Positions 26,895-35,506 of a stretch of 64,000 nt of DNA are shown here, piece by piece (position 1 is the stretch's first letter; each line of letters begins with the position of its first letter). The stretch comes from an uncultured Dehalococcoidia bacterium. Its GTDB lineage: Bacteria; Chloroflexota; Dehalococcoidia; Lucifugimonadales; UBA3495. The notes beneath the pieces were generated by a model. That model ran no database searches. It saw nothing but the letters and a program-made list of their open reading frames with translations, and was not told the origin of the DNA. The stretch covers positions 3,869,570 through 3,933,569 of the forward strand of contig OY282565.1 of assembly GCA_958296445.1 (NCBI GenBank), in the 5' to 3' direction. Both the position numbers and the translations under genes were made by a program.

Positions 26895-28091
26895 CTAACG
26901 CAGATTGAGCAGATACTCAATCAGAGCGTCAATTTCCTCGTCGGTCAGGTTGGCGTCGCCGCCGTCCGTGTAGAAAGCGGCCTTGTCGGACATCCAGTTG
27001 CCCGGCTTAATGTCTTCGGGATTCCTGATCCAGGCCCGCAGGTTTTCCACCGACAGGTCGGTAATGCCGGCCGCCAAAGTCTGGCGGGTTCGCAGGTCGG
27101 TAAGGTTGGGGCCCGGAACCGCTACGGCGTCCCCGCCGGTAAGGAAGCTGTCTATCCGCGACTTAGCCACCGACTCGATTTCCGGGCCGTTGATGGTGTG
27201 GCACAAGGCGCAGTGAATGGCGAAAAGGGTCTTGCCCTGCTGGGCCTGCGGCGTGAGAGCTTGAGGCGGATTGTAATTCTGCACCCAAGCCTGGTAGTCA
27301 ACCTCGCTCATCACAGTTACGCGGAAGCGCATCTGGGCGTGAGCCAAGCCGCACAGCTCGGCGCATTGGCCGTAGAAAGTGGCCGGCAACGGCTGGTCAA
27401 TCAAGTCCGAGTCCGCCATCAGCCATAGCCTGTTCTGGCGCGTCGGCACCACGTCCACCTTGCCGCCCAGCTTGGGAACCCAGAAACTGTGCAACACGTC
27501 GTCGCTTTCCAGAATGAGCTGGATCGGCCGGTCAACCGGGATCCGCAGCTCATTGGCGGTGCTGATTCGCTTGCCGCCCGCGGCGTCGGGATACTCAAAT
27601 TCGAAGTACCACTGATGCCCGGTGACCGTAACATTCAGAATCTCGCCCTGGTCGGTAGGCGGCTGGTCCAGCTCGAACAAGGTAAACACCGACCAAATGC
27701 CCAAGCCAAGAATCAGGGCCGTAGGGATGATTGTCCAAGTGATTTCCAGAGCAGTATGGCCGTGAATCTGCGGCGGGCGCGGCTGCCCGGGGCGCCGACG
27801 GTAGCGGATGACAATGTAAATCAACGCCCCTTCCACCAGCACAAAGACGGCCACCATCGTCCACAGCAGGACGTTGAAAAGCTGAAGCTGCTTCTGCGCC
27901 ACCGGGCCAACCGGGTCCCAAGTGGACTGGAAACCCTGGCTACAGGCCGCGGTCAGCAAGAAAAGGGCCGCTGCCGCTCCGAAAAAGGCCAATCTGGTCA
28001 GCCGATTTCGGCGCGGCGCGGGCCGCTGGGCATTTTCGTCAGGTATGGGTTCCGGCGGGGAACCTGCCCTCTTCCTGGGCAACAACCCCAT
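26895..28091 (-). CDS. ctaC: Cytochrome c oxidase subunit II with C-terminal cytochrome c domain (caa3 type)
   Basis: CuA site 'HSFWVPKLGGK...CAELCGLAHAQM' and C-terminal 'CALCH' haem c motif. N-terminal signal/lipobox-like 'LLTAAC'. Confidence 0.9.
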   Translation of the reverse strand: MGLLPRKRAGSPPEPIPDENAQRPAPRRNRLTRLAFFGAAAALFLLTAACSQGFQSTWDPVGPVAQKQLQLFNVLLWTMVAVFVLVEGALIYIVIRYRRRPGQPRPPQIHGHTALEITWTIIPTALILGLGIWSVFTLFELDQPPTDQGEILNVTVTGHQWYFEFEYPDAAGGKRISTANELRIPVDRPIQLILESDDVLHSFWVPKLGGKVDVVPTRQNRLWLMADSDLIDQPLPATFYGQCAELCGLAHAQMRFRVTVMSEVDYQAWVQNYNPPQALTPQAQQGKTLFAIHCALCHTINGPEIESVAKSRIDSFLTGGDAVAVPGPNLTDLRTRQTLAAGITDLSVENLRAWIRNPEDIKPGNWMSDKAAFYTDGGDANLTDEEIDALIEYLLNLR

Positions 28092-28314
28092 AGGTGGACT
28101 CCCCTCTCATGGTTTGCCGACTGGAGTATGTGCTTTTTTTCACTTGCCGCGCGAAAGATTAACATAGCCCATTGTAGCTGTCAATCAAATTTTCAAGACT
28201 TGCCGGAGTCTTTCGATTCCCTGCCCCCAACCCCTGCCGCCGCCCGCCCGTCTGTGCTACCATCGGGGCAGCCGCCGGAAAACTGGACGGCGGCCGCGCT
28301 GCGGAGAAACCGCC

Positions 28315-29136
28315 ATGACCACCAAGCCCAAATACGCCATAATCCCCTATCAACGCGAAGACCGCGACATTTACGACGGCCTAGAATTCAACCCTGACGC
28401 CCCGGAGCCGCTGCCGGACGCTATGTATCAAGAACTGCTCTTGCGGGAAATTATGTATCTGCTGGATGTATGGCTGATTGCCGACCCAGGCCGCAGCGAT
28501 GTCTTTCTCAGCAGCAACACCTTTATCTGCTACAACCGCAGCAACCTGAACGTGCGGATTGGCCCCGACTGCTACGTGGCTGTCGGCGTGGACGCCGCCG
28601 CCATCCGCTCCCGGCGGCTTTATCTGCCCTGGGAAGCGGGCAAGTTCCCCGACTTCGCCCTAGAGGTGGCCTCGGAAACCACCGCCCAGAACGACATCGG
28701 CGATAAGCGGCGAATCTACGAAATGCTGGGCGTCGGCGAGTACTGGCGATTCGATCCTTCCGGCAGCGAGTACTACGGCGAGCCACTGGTAGGCGAGCGG
28801 CTGGTGGACGGACGCTATCAGCGGATTGAACTCCGCCAAGAGGCCGACGGCTCCCTCCGGGGATACAGCCCAACCCTCGGCCTGTATCTGTCTTGGGAAC
28901 AGCAGCCCGATGGCGACGGATGGCTGTGCTTCTACGACCCGGCGACCGGGCAGCGCCTGCGCTCCTTTCGCGAAGTGATTGCCGACCATCAGGCCGCCGA
29001 GGATCGAGCCGATGTTGCCGAGGAACGGGCCGATGCCGCCGAGGATCGAGCCGGGGCCGCCAAGGATCGAGCCGAAGCCGCCGAAGCGGAAGCCCGCGGT
29101 CTGCGCGAACAACTGCGCCGCTTGCGGGGCCAGTAA
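28315..29136 (+). CDS. Uma2-family (DUF820) endonuclease with C-terminal Ala/Glu/Asp/Arg coiled-coil tail
   Basis: 'PDCYVAVGV', 'PDFALEVASETT...D...K...Y...GVGEYWRFDP' form the PD-(D/E)xK core of Uma2. Tail 'AAEDRADVAEERADAAEDRAGAAKDRAEAAEAEAR'. Confidence 0.8.
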   Translation: MTTKPKYAIIPYQREDRDIYDGLEFNPDAPEPLPDAMYQELLLREIMYLLDVWLIADPGRSDVFLSSNTFICYNRSNLNVRIGPDCYVAVGVDAAAIRSRRLYLPWEAGKFPDFALEVASETTAQNDIGDKRRIYEMLGVGEYWRFDPSGSEYYGEPLVGERLVDGRYQRIELRQEADGSLRGYSPTLGLYLSWEQQPDGDGWLCFYDPATGQRLRSFREVIADHQAAEDRADVAEERADAAEDRAGAAKDRAEAAEAEARGLREQLRRLRGQ

Positions 29137-29154
29137 CCGGCGCAGTCCAAGACG

Positions 29155-30111
29155 CTACAGCACCCGGTAAACCCCGTCGGCCATCATCGCCCCGAACAGC
29201 AGGGCCAGGTAGAGCAGAGAATACAGGTAGAGGTTGCGGGCTTTTTGCCGGGTCTGCCCGCGGAAAAGCTGCCAGGCCCCCCAGACGAACCCTACGCCCA
29301 ACGCCGCCGCCGCGCCGAGGTAAACCCCCCCCACCGCGCGGGTGGCGGCGAACACCAGCGTAAGGGCCACCAGCACCAGCGAGTAGGCGAATATGTTTTC
29401 CACCGTCTTTTGCGTCCCGGCCACCACCGGCAGCATCGGCACCCCGGCCCGCTCGTAGTCCCGCTGAATCAGCAACGACAGCGCCCAGAAGTGGGGCGGC
29501 GTCCAGAAAAACACGATGGCGAACATATACAGGGCCGGCAGGTCGAAGCTGCCGGTCACCGCCACCCAGCCCACTACCGGCGGAATGCTGCCCGCCGCGC
29601 CCCCGATAACGATATTCTGCGGTGTGCTGCGCTTTAGCCAAAGAGTGTATACCAGCACATAGAACAGCGTCGCGGCCAGCGTCAGCCCGGCGGCCAGCGG
29701 GTTGACCCACTGGAAAAGCAGCACGAAGGCGGCCACGTTCAGCCCCACGCCAAAGGCCAGCGCCATCCGGGGGGGAATGCGATGCCCCGCCACCGGACGC
29801 CGGGCCGTCCGCGTCATCAGCGCGTCAATGTCCTGATCCAAGTAATGGTTGATAGCGTTGGCCCCGCCGGCCCCCAAGGCCCCCCCGGCGCACACCAGCA
29901 GCAGTGTCACCAAGTCCGGCACGCCCCCGCCCCAAGTATGCCGCTGGGCCAGGAACATCCCTCCGATGGCAGTCACCAGCAATAGCGATATGATGGGCGG
30001 CTTGGTCAGCGTCAAATAGTCGGACAGCATACGCAACGGGCCGCCCCGCTCCCGCCGTCCACTTTCCGGCCCGGCCTGTTCCATCTCTATCTGTCCGGCT
30101 TGGTTTGCCAT
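29155..30111 (-). CDS. ctaB: Protohaem IX farnesyltransferase (haem O synthase)
   Basis: UbiA-type motifs 'NHYLDQDIDALMTRTARRP' and 'DYERAGVPMLPVV'. Confidence 0.9.
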   Translation of the reverse strand: MANQAGQIEMEQAGPESGRRERGGPLRMLSDYLTLTKPPIISLLLVTAIGGMFLAQRHTWGGGVPDLVTLLLVCAGGALGAGGANAINHYLDQDIDALMTRTARRPVAGHRIPPRMALAFGVGLNVAAFVLLFQWVNPLAAGLTLAATLFYVLVYTLWLKRSTPQNIVIGGAAGSIPPVVGWVAVTGSFDLPALYMFAIVFFWTPPHFWALSLLIQRDYERAGVPMLPVVAGTQKTVENIFAYSLVLVALTLVFAATRAVGGVYLGAAAALGVGFVWGAWQLFRGQTRQKARNLYLYSLLYLALLFGAMMADGVYRVL

Positions 30112-30112
30112 C

Positions 30113-31114
30113 TTATCCTGATGTTGCCGGGGGATTCGATTCGCGGGAGTAGCTCAGAGCGGCCAGCGCGACAGCCACGGCCCAGACCCCGGAGGCCAAG
30201 GCCAAGTGCAACCCGCGCAGTTCCGTGTCCTGCCCGAATCCGGCCCATATCACGCCGGCCCCGGCCATAACCTGGGCGGCGAACAGCCCCAGCGCCGCCA
30301 GCGCCAGCCGCCGTATCACCATCGGTTGCCGCTGCCCGGAGCCGGCCGCCGGGTGCCGGAACCCCAAGTGCAACGCATATATTACTAACAGCCCGGCCAG
30401 TAGCGCCACATAGCGGTGGGCCATGTGAATCATCGCCAGCTTGCCGCCGGGAAACAACCCGCCCCATTCGTTGCTGCACAGCGGCCACTGCTGGCAGGCC
30501 CAAGTAGCCGAGGCGGTGTTGGTAAGGTAGGAACCCGACAGCAGCAACAGGAAAAGCGCCCCCACCGCCGCCAGCGACAGCCCCGGGAACCGCCGCGCCC
30601 GCCCCACGGCCCACGATGCCGGCCCCTTCCGAATCCCGCCGCGATAGGCCATCACCAGCAGCAACACGCAACAGGCCATCGTCAATTCGGCCACGGCCAG
30701 ATGCGTCAGCACGATATGCCCCGACAGCTCGGTAGTCACCGTTAACCCGCCCAGCAGGGCTTGAACAATGACCAGAACCAGGGCGGCCACCGACGGCCAG
30801 ATTATCCACGGCTCCCGCCGGTAGCGCAGCCAAGCCCCCAGAAACATGGCGAATATCAGCGGCCCTACCAGAAACGAGGCCGCGACGCGGTGAGCGTACT
30901 CGATAATGGCCTTGCTTTCCAGCGGCGGCAGCCACTGGCCGGAACACAGCGGCCAGTCGTCGCCGCATCCCAGGCCAGAGCCGGTCACCCGCACCACGCC
31001 GCCCAGCACCAGCATCCCGAAAACCGACGCCGTTGTGGCCCATGCCAACCCCCGAAACCAGCTATCGGCCCCCAAGCTGCCAGCCTGAAATCGCCCGCTA
31101 ACGGCTACCGCCAT
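30113..31114 (-). CDS. ctaA: Haem A synthase (COX15/CtaA)
   Basis: 'VRVTGSGLGCGDDWPLC', 'IEYAHRV', 'MAHRYVA', multiple TM helices. The stop is 1 nt from the ctaB start. Confidence 0.85.
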   Translation of the reverse strand: MAVAVSGRFQAGSLGADSWFRGLAWATTASVFGMLVLGGVVRVTGSGLGCGDDWPLCSGQWLPPLESKAIIEYAHRVAASFLVGPLIFAMFLGAWLRYRREPWIIWPSVAALVLVIVQALLGGLTVTTELSGHIVLTHLAVAELTMACCVLLLVMAYRGGIRKGPASWAVGRARRFPGLSLAAVGALFLLLLSGSYLTNTASATWACQQWPLCSNEWGGLFPGGKLAMIHMAHRYVALLAGLLVIYALHLGFRHPAAGSGQRQPMVIRRLALAALGLFAAQVMAGAGVIWAGFGQDTELRGLHLALASGVWAVAVALAALSYSRESNPPATSG

Positions 31115-31412
31115 AAGGACGCCTCAAGCCGACAGGCCCACCCCCGGCAAAACGGCAACCCCCCGGCCAATAACAGGCCGACGCCGGGAAAAGGCAGACA
31201 AACACGGTAAAAGCCCATAAAACACCCGGAAAAACCGGCGGCAGACACTCCTGACCGGGGTTGAATCGCGCTCCGCCCCGAACCGCCCGCCACTAGCGCA
31301 ACGGCCCTTTCGCGGCCCGGCGTTTCGCGCCTGCAAAACGCCCCGCGCGCCCCAACAGTCAACGAAAAACGTACCACCGCCCAACCCGGATTGTCAATCA
31401 GAACGCCGCCCC

Positions 31413-31672
31413 AAGAAAATTGCCAAATTACTTCTGCCGCCTGTCATTCTGTCCGCTTGGCATTCTGGCCCTTTGCCATCTGGCCCTCTGTCATTCTGAG
31501 CAAAGCCCTGTCATTCTTCGCAAAGCGAAGAATCTCGCCTTGGGCGGTGAGACCCTTCGCTCTGCTCAGGGCGACAAAGGGAAATTTCGCAATTTGCTCA
31601 GGGATCTGAGAAAATTGCCAAATCCCCTCCCCCTCCGGGGGAGGGTTAGGGTGGGGGCGTCCCCCGGCCACC
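31413..31672. repeat. Family A element copy followed by family B GC hairpin
   Basis: agaaaattgccaaattacttctgccgcctgtcattc...gtcattctgagcaaagc...cgaagaatctcgccttgggcggtgagacccttcgctctgctcagg...gaaatttcgcaatttgctc, then cccctccccctccgggggagggttagggtgggggcgtcccccgg (31624-31667). Confidence 0.8.
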
Positions 31673-31845
31673 TCACCCAATCCAAGAGCAATGTCCCCGG
31701 AAAAATTCCGCCACCGCCCAGCCATTTTCCTGACACATAGCCCTTGCCAACCCTTAGCACACCCCCTTAACATAAACCTGTGCATCCCAAACAACCGGCC
31801 AGCCCGCAAACCATCCCCAACCCGGCCGCCAAGTCAAAATTACAA

Positions 31846-31893
31846 GAAATGGGGGAAAATGGGGGGAAATGACAGGAAAATCGAAAAAAATCC
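31846..31893 (+). repeat. Purine-rich ~45-nt conserved motif, copy 1 (168 nt upstream of CDS 32061)
   Basis: gaaatgggggaaaatggggggaaatgacaggaaaatcgaaaaaaatcc. A near-identical copy lies on the minus strand at 42677..42722, upstream of CDS 42589. Confidence 0.8.
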
Positions 31894-32060
31894 TGAAACG
31901 CTCAGAGGCGAACCCCTATAAGTGAGCGGGTTTCAACAAGCGGCTAACAACCCGGATGAGCATTGACCTGCCCGCGCCGCACAACGGGAAAATGCAGCCT
32001 CTCCCAATCAGGGCAAAGGGTGTAAAATAGGCCCAAATGTCACCGTGGGGCTGATTATCT

Positions 32061-32657
32061 ATGCCGAAAAAGAAAAGAAAGTGGCAGCAGCGAAGCTATG
32101 GACTGCCGAAAAACCACCAGTGGAAAGCGCGGCCCGGCAACAAGGTTTTCGTGGCCGACCGGGGCAAGGCCCAGTTTGAGATTCCGGGGGACTGGATTGT
32201 AAGCCCCAACCCGGACGGCAGCGGCTCCATCCGGTTCTTCGACAAGCCGGAAGACGACGCCGATATGCGGCTGGAGATGTCGCTGATTTACGTCCCGCGC
32301 ATAGACTGGAGCGGGCTGCCGCTGGTCAATCTGATAGAAGATTGCGCCCTGTCTGAAGACTCCCGAGGGATAACCAATCGCGGCCCCTTTCAGGAAGGCC
32401 AGCGCGCCGACTTAGAAACGGCGTGGCTAGAGGTGGATTTCCACGACCCCGGCGAAGACCGCCCGGCCCACTCCCGCGTTTGTATGGCGCGAGGCCCCGG
32501 CATCTATTCCTTGATTACAATGGACTTCTGGCCCGAAGACGCCCCCCGCGCCCACAAAGTATGGGATTGCGTAATGGACACCCTCAAGCTGGGCGGCGAA
32601 ACGCTGAACCTCGACGGCAGCAAGCAGACCCCCCTGCGCCGCCTGTCTATGAACTAG
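32061..32657 (+). CDS. Hypothetical protein (basic N-terminus MPKKKRKWQQR)
   Basis: 198-aa ORF with an ATG start and coding-like composition. I recognise no motif. Confidence 0.5.
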   Translation: MPKKKRKWQQRSYGLPKNHQWKARPGNKVFVADRGKAQFEIPGDWIVSPNPDGSGSIRFFDKPEDDADMRLEMSLIYVPRIDWSGLPLVNLIEDCALSEDSRGITNRGPFQEGQRADLETAWLEVDFHDPGEDRPAHSRVCMARGPGIYSLITMDFWPEDAPRAHKVWDCVMDTLKLGGETLNLDGSKQTPLRRLSMN

Positions 32658-32714
32658 GGCGCAGGCGTTCCCAACGCGGGCCGCGGCAGATTGACATAGT
32701 GCTACAATGACCCG

Positions 32715-33209
32715 ATGAAATGGATACGCGATAACTGGCTCCAGCTCCATCTAGCGTTGGCCCCCCTCGGCACGCTGATAGTGACTTGGCTGCTGCGGCT
32801 TTCCGCCAACGAGGGCTGGCAATGGTGGATCAACCCGAACAGCCAAGAACAGATGGGCCAGACTGTGCCGCTAGGCGCGGTAGTATACGGCTCAATCATC
32901 GTAGTGACTGAGGGGGTAGGCAGAATGTTTTGGGCATTAGCGCAACGAGAAAATGACATAGAGAAAGGCCGCAAGGAAGGCCACGAGAAAGGCCATCAAG
33001 AAGGCCGCGAGGAAGGGCTAGAGGAAGGCCGTCAAGAAGGAAGGCAAGAAGGCCGACAGGAGGGCCGACAGGAGGGCCGTCAAGAAGGCCATCAAGAGGG
33101 CCGTCAAGAGGGCAGGGATGAGCTGATAAAGGAGCTGATGAGGCAATCTGTCAATCTTCCCCCGGAAATCCTTAAAGAAATCAATGGCGCGTCCCAGGAT
33201 CCCTCTTAG
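32715..33209 (+). CDS. Membrane protein with (EGRQ)n repeat and DUF4351-like tail
   Basis: Two hydrophobic segments, then 'EGRQEGRQEGRQEGRQEGRQEGHQEGRQEGR' and 'ELIKELMRQSVNLPPEILKEI', reminiscent of the C-terminal tails of Rpn/PD-(D/E)xK transposase-like proteins. Confidence 0.55.
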   Translation: MKWIRDNWLQLHLALAPLGTLIVTWLLRLSANEGWQWWINPNSQEQMGQTVPLGAVVYGSIIVVTEGVGRMFWALAQRENDIEKGRKEGHEKGHQEGREEGLEEGRQEGRQEGRQEGRQEGRQEGHQEGRQEGRDELIKELMRQSVNLPPEILKEINGASQDPS

Positions 33210-33478
33210 TGATTGAGGGGGTAGGCAGAATGTTTTGGGCATTGGCGCAACGGGAAAAAGACATCGAGAAAGGCCGCAAGGAAGGCCACGAGAAAGGCCG
33301 CAAGGAAGGGCTAGAGGAAGGCCGTCAAGAAGGGCGACAGGAAGTTAGGGAAGAGGGGCGCCGGGTGGGCCGACAGGAGGGCAGGGCAGAGCTGATAAGG
33401 GAGTTAGTTAGGCAATCCGTCAATCTTCCCCCGGAAATCCTTAAAGAACTCGAGAGTCTCCCCAAGGAATCCCCCTAG
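33209..33478 (+). CDS. Partial tandem duplicate of the preceding gene (C-terminal repeat module only); possibly a gene fragment
   Basis: The GTG start overlaps the preceding stop (TAGTG). DNA 33209-33478 aligns with 32905-33209 (gtgactgagggggtaggcagaatgttttgggcatt... vs gtgattgagggggtaggcagaatgttttgggcatt...). Confidence 0.4.
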   Translation: MIEGVGRMFWALAQREKDIEKGRKEGHEKGRKEGLEEGRQEGRQEVREEGRRVGRQEGRAELIRELVRQSVNLPPEILKELESLPKESP

Positions 33479-33479
33479 C

Positions 33480-33571
33480 GCTGCCCGGTGGTTTTGGGAG
33501 TCCTGATTACCGGATGGAATCACCGCGTTGCGAAGCGCGGAGTAAGGTAAGGATGCCCCGATACTAATTCG
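33480..33571 (-). ncRNA. Candidate TnpB guide (omega) RNA scaffold / IS right end
   Basis: The position immediately 3' of tnpB is where omega RNAs are encoded. On the minus strand it contains the hairpin ccgcgcttcgcaacgcgg. Called from position only. Confidence 0.3.
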
Positions 33572-34888
33572 CTAACAAACGCCGACTGTTGCCAGTTGGC
33601 GGCTGTCGCCGATGCATCCCTGCCAGTGCCGACGCAGAGAGGGTATATCTCCCAAAGCCCGCAGGAATATCCCACGGGCGCCATTTATATCCCGGTCAAG
33701 CTCCACGCCGTCCGCGCCCCGTATCACGCGACGCCCGCCCAGATTGGCGATGATTTCGCCGCTCCAGCTGCACGTCTTGCTGGTATAGGCTTCGTTGACC
33801 ACCAGAACCTGCTTTCCGGCCTGCCACGCTTTCCAAGCCAAGAATTGCCTGAAGCGGAAATGGGCAAAGGTGAGCATTGAACGCACGGATTTGGCGCGTA
33901 GCTTTCGCGCCCCTCGCCGCGCCATATCCGAGGTCTCAAAGGCCGGAATCAGAATCAGGTCAAAGTTGTCCACCAGCCAGCGGGCGGCTTGGTGGTGCAG
34001 CTCATCAACCAGATTCCCGATGCGGACGCGCATACGGTCGGCGGCGGCGTAGAGGTTGCGCTTGCGGAACCGCAGCTTTTCCAGCTTGGCGCGGGATAGC
34101 AGATTGTCCAGGTGAGCGCAAAGGCGTTGGATGCGCCCGAAGTCGCCTTGCCCGATGTGGCCTGCCGATGTTTCCGAAAAGAACGTCAGGAAGTTGCGGA
34201 TTCCCGGGTCCAGCGCAACGACGCGCCCTTGGGTCTCGGTAACGCGCCGTTGCACCGGATAGGTCGCCGCCAAGTGGTATTGCCCGTTGTGCAGGGTTAG
34301 GCGGCTGTCGCCGTGAGCGGCGGGGATAGGTTCGGCCAGCCGTAGTTTTCCTAAAATCGTGCGGTATGCGCCCTGTTCGGATACGGCACTGCCGGGGATA
34401 AAGCAGCCTTGCCGGGGGGCTTTCCGGCTACGGAAGTTCGCTTCGGCCCAACCATCCCCAAGGCGCAGGCCGCGCTTTTTGTCTTGGGCCAGTTCCCGGT
34501 TGAATCGCTTGACGGCACTCATCGCCTTGCAGGCGTCGCGCACCCCGAAGCTGCGAATCTGGTACGGCGCGGCTTTCAGCCGGTCGGGGACGGCGTGGAT
34601 GATGTCGGTCTTGATTCTTTTCCAGTTGGCGGCTTCGCCCGTGCGCTTCAGTCTGGCTATGGTTTCGTTGTAGCACCAGCGGGCGGCGTCAAACCATAGG
34701 CGTAGAATCCGGCGTTGTTCCAGTGTCGGATAGGCCCGAATCCGCCTTGATTGCGTCTTTGTAGCGGCGGAGTCCGTGCAGCCTGCAACTGAAAGTGTGC
34801 AGGATGGCGAGAATATCCTCGGTGAGTTCCTGTTCGGGGCTGTACTCTCGGTTGCCGAGAACCACGATTTGCCCGCCGTTGCGCTCAA
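33572..34888 (-). CDS. tnpB: IS607-family TnpB (RuvC-like RNA-guided endonuclease, OrfB); start uncertain
   Basis: 'RIRAYPTLEQRRILRLWFDAARWCYN' N-terminus, RuvC D 'VVALDPGIRNF', E 'LIPAFETSDM', D 'DRDINGARGI'. The nearest in-frame canonical start upstream of the conserved N-terminus is TTG 34888. The 549-aa track ORF runs through tnpA in another frame. Confidence 0.8.
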   Translation of the reverse strand: MSATAGKSWFSATESTAPNRNSPRIFSPSCTLSVAGCTDSAATKTQSRRIRAYPTLEQRRILRLWFDAARWCYNETIARLKRTGEAANWKRIKTDIIHAVPDRLKAAPYQIRSFGVRDACKAMSAVKRFNRELAQDKKRGLRLGDGWAEANFRSRKAPRQGCFIPGSAVSEQGAYRTILGKLRLAEPIPAAHGDSRLTLHNGQYHLAATYPVQRRVTETQGRVVALDPGIRNFLTFFSETSAGHIGQGDFGRIQRLCAHLDNLLSRAKLEKLRFRKRNLYAAADRMRVRIGNLVDELHHQAARWLVDNFDLILIPAFETSDMARRGARKLRAKSVRSMLTFAHFRFRQFLAWKAWQAGKQVLVVNEAYTSKTCSWSGEIIANLGGRRVIRGADGVELDRDINGARGIFLRALGDIPSLRRHWQGCIGDSRQLATVGVC

Positions 34889-35294
34889 CGAGCCATTGGA
34901 TAAGCTCGAATCCGAATCGGGCGAGCCGGTCGCGGTGGGCAACCACAACGCGGAGTTTATCTCCTCGGTGAAGTCGCTCCAGTAAGGCGACAAGTCCCTT
35001 GCGACGCCAGTTAAGCCCGCCGCCGGTGTCGGTGATGATGTCGGCGTCGGGGTATCTCCCCCGCATAAACTCAACCTGGCGTTGCAGGTCTTCCCGCTGC
35101 TTGGAGCTACTGACCCGGCAGTAGCAGACAAGGGTAGCGTCGGTTGATTCCCGGATGTAGGCGTCAACATCGTACCGGCGTTGCCCGGACGCTGTTTTGA
35201 TTGACGGGATTCTGCCCTCATCTGCGTATCGCCTCAAGGTATTCTGGTGCAGGCCAAGCTGGGCGGCCGCTTTCCGGCCCGGTATGTATACCAC
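34689..35294 (-). CDS. tnpA: IS607-family serine recombinase transposase TnpA
   Basis: MerR-like HTH 'AAAQLGLHQNTLRRYADEGRIP', catalytic region 'YCRVSSSKQREDLQRQ', 'VVAHRDRLARFG'. GTG start at 35294. Confidence 0.85.
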   Translation of the reverse strand: MVYIPGRKAAAQLGLHQNTLRRYADEGRIPSIKTASGQRRYDVDAYIRESTDATLVCYCRVSSSKQREDLQRQVEFMRGRYPDADIITDTGGGLNWRRKGLVALLERLHRGDKLRVVVAHRDRLARFGFELIQWLVERNGGQIVVLGNREYSPEQELTEDILAILHTFSCRLHGLRRYKDAIKADSGLSDTGTTPDSTPMV

Positions 35295-35506
35295 GCCGCG
35301 CCCCCACTTCAGGATATTCCGCCCATTGTAGCACCTTCGTTAGCGTTTGTGAATCAACCCGCGCCTAAACGACAACCCCTCCTGCGAGGCGGTGAGGCCG
35401 GGGTGAAGGGAGGAGCTTCACCCCGGCGCAGCCCCGCAAGGAGAGGAGGCTGGGTAGATGGATGAGGGAAATCCCCCGCGGCTCCCTCATCCGGGGGTAA
35501 TGTCAA

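Larger units (their letters stand above)
33480..35450 (-). mobile_element. IS607-family insertion sequence (tnpA + tnpB); ends not precisely definable
   Basis: tnpA-tnpB pair in the canonical order. It is flanked by a perfect 11-bp-stem hairpin ccggggtgaag/cttcaccccgg (35398-35426) on the tnpA side and the hairpin region 33480-33571 on the tnpB side. IS607 elements lack TIRs and target-site duplications, so the borders are approximate. Confidence 0.7.

Noticed and set aside
28523-31043. ORFs 28523..29710 (-, 395 aa) and 30087..31043 (-, 318 aa)
   Set aside because: They are alternative-frame or antisense overlaps of Uma2, ctaB and ctaA, are Arg/Gly/Pro-rich and have no motifs. The ctaA and ctaB frames carry the family signatures.
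32880-33478. Template/variable repeat pair of a diversity-generating retroelement
   Set aside because: Differences between the two copies include a>g, t>a, a>c and indels, so they are not adenine-specific. No reverse transcriptase gene is nearby.
35398-35490. Two strong hairpins as rho-independent terminators of the importer ATPase gene
   Set aside because: Both stems are convincing (11 bp and 10 bp), but neither is followed by a U-tract on the minus strand. They may instead be IS607 end structures or interspersed hairpin repeats, so I left them uncalled as terminators.
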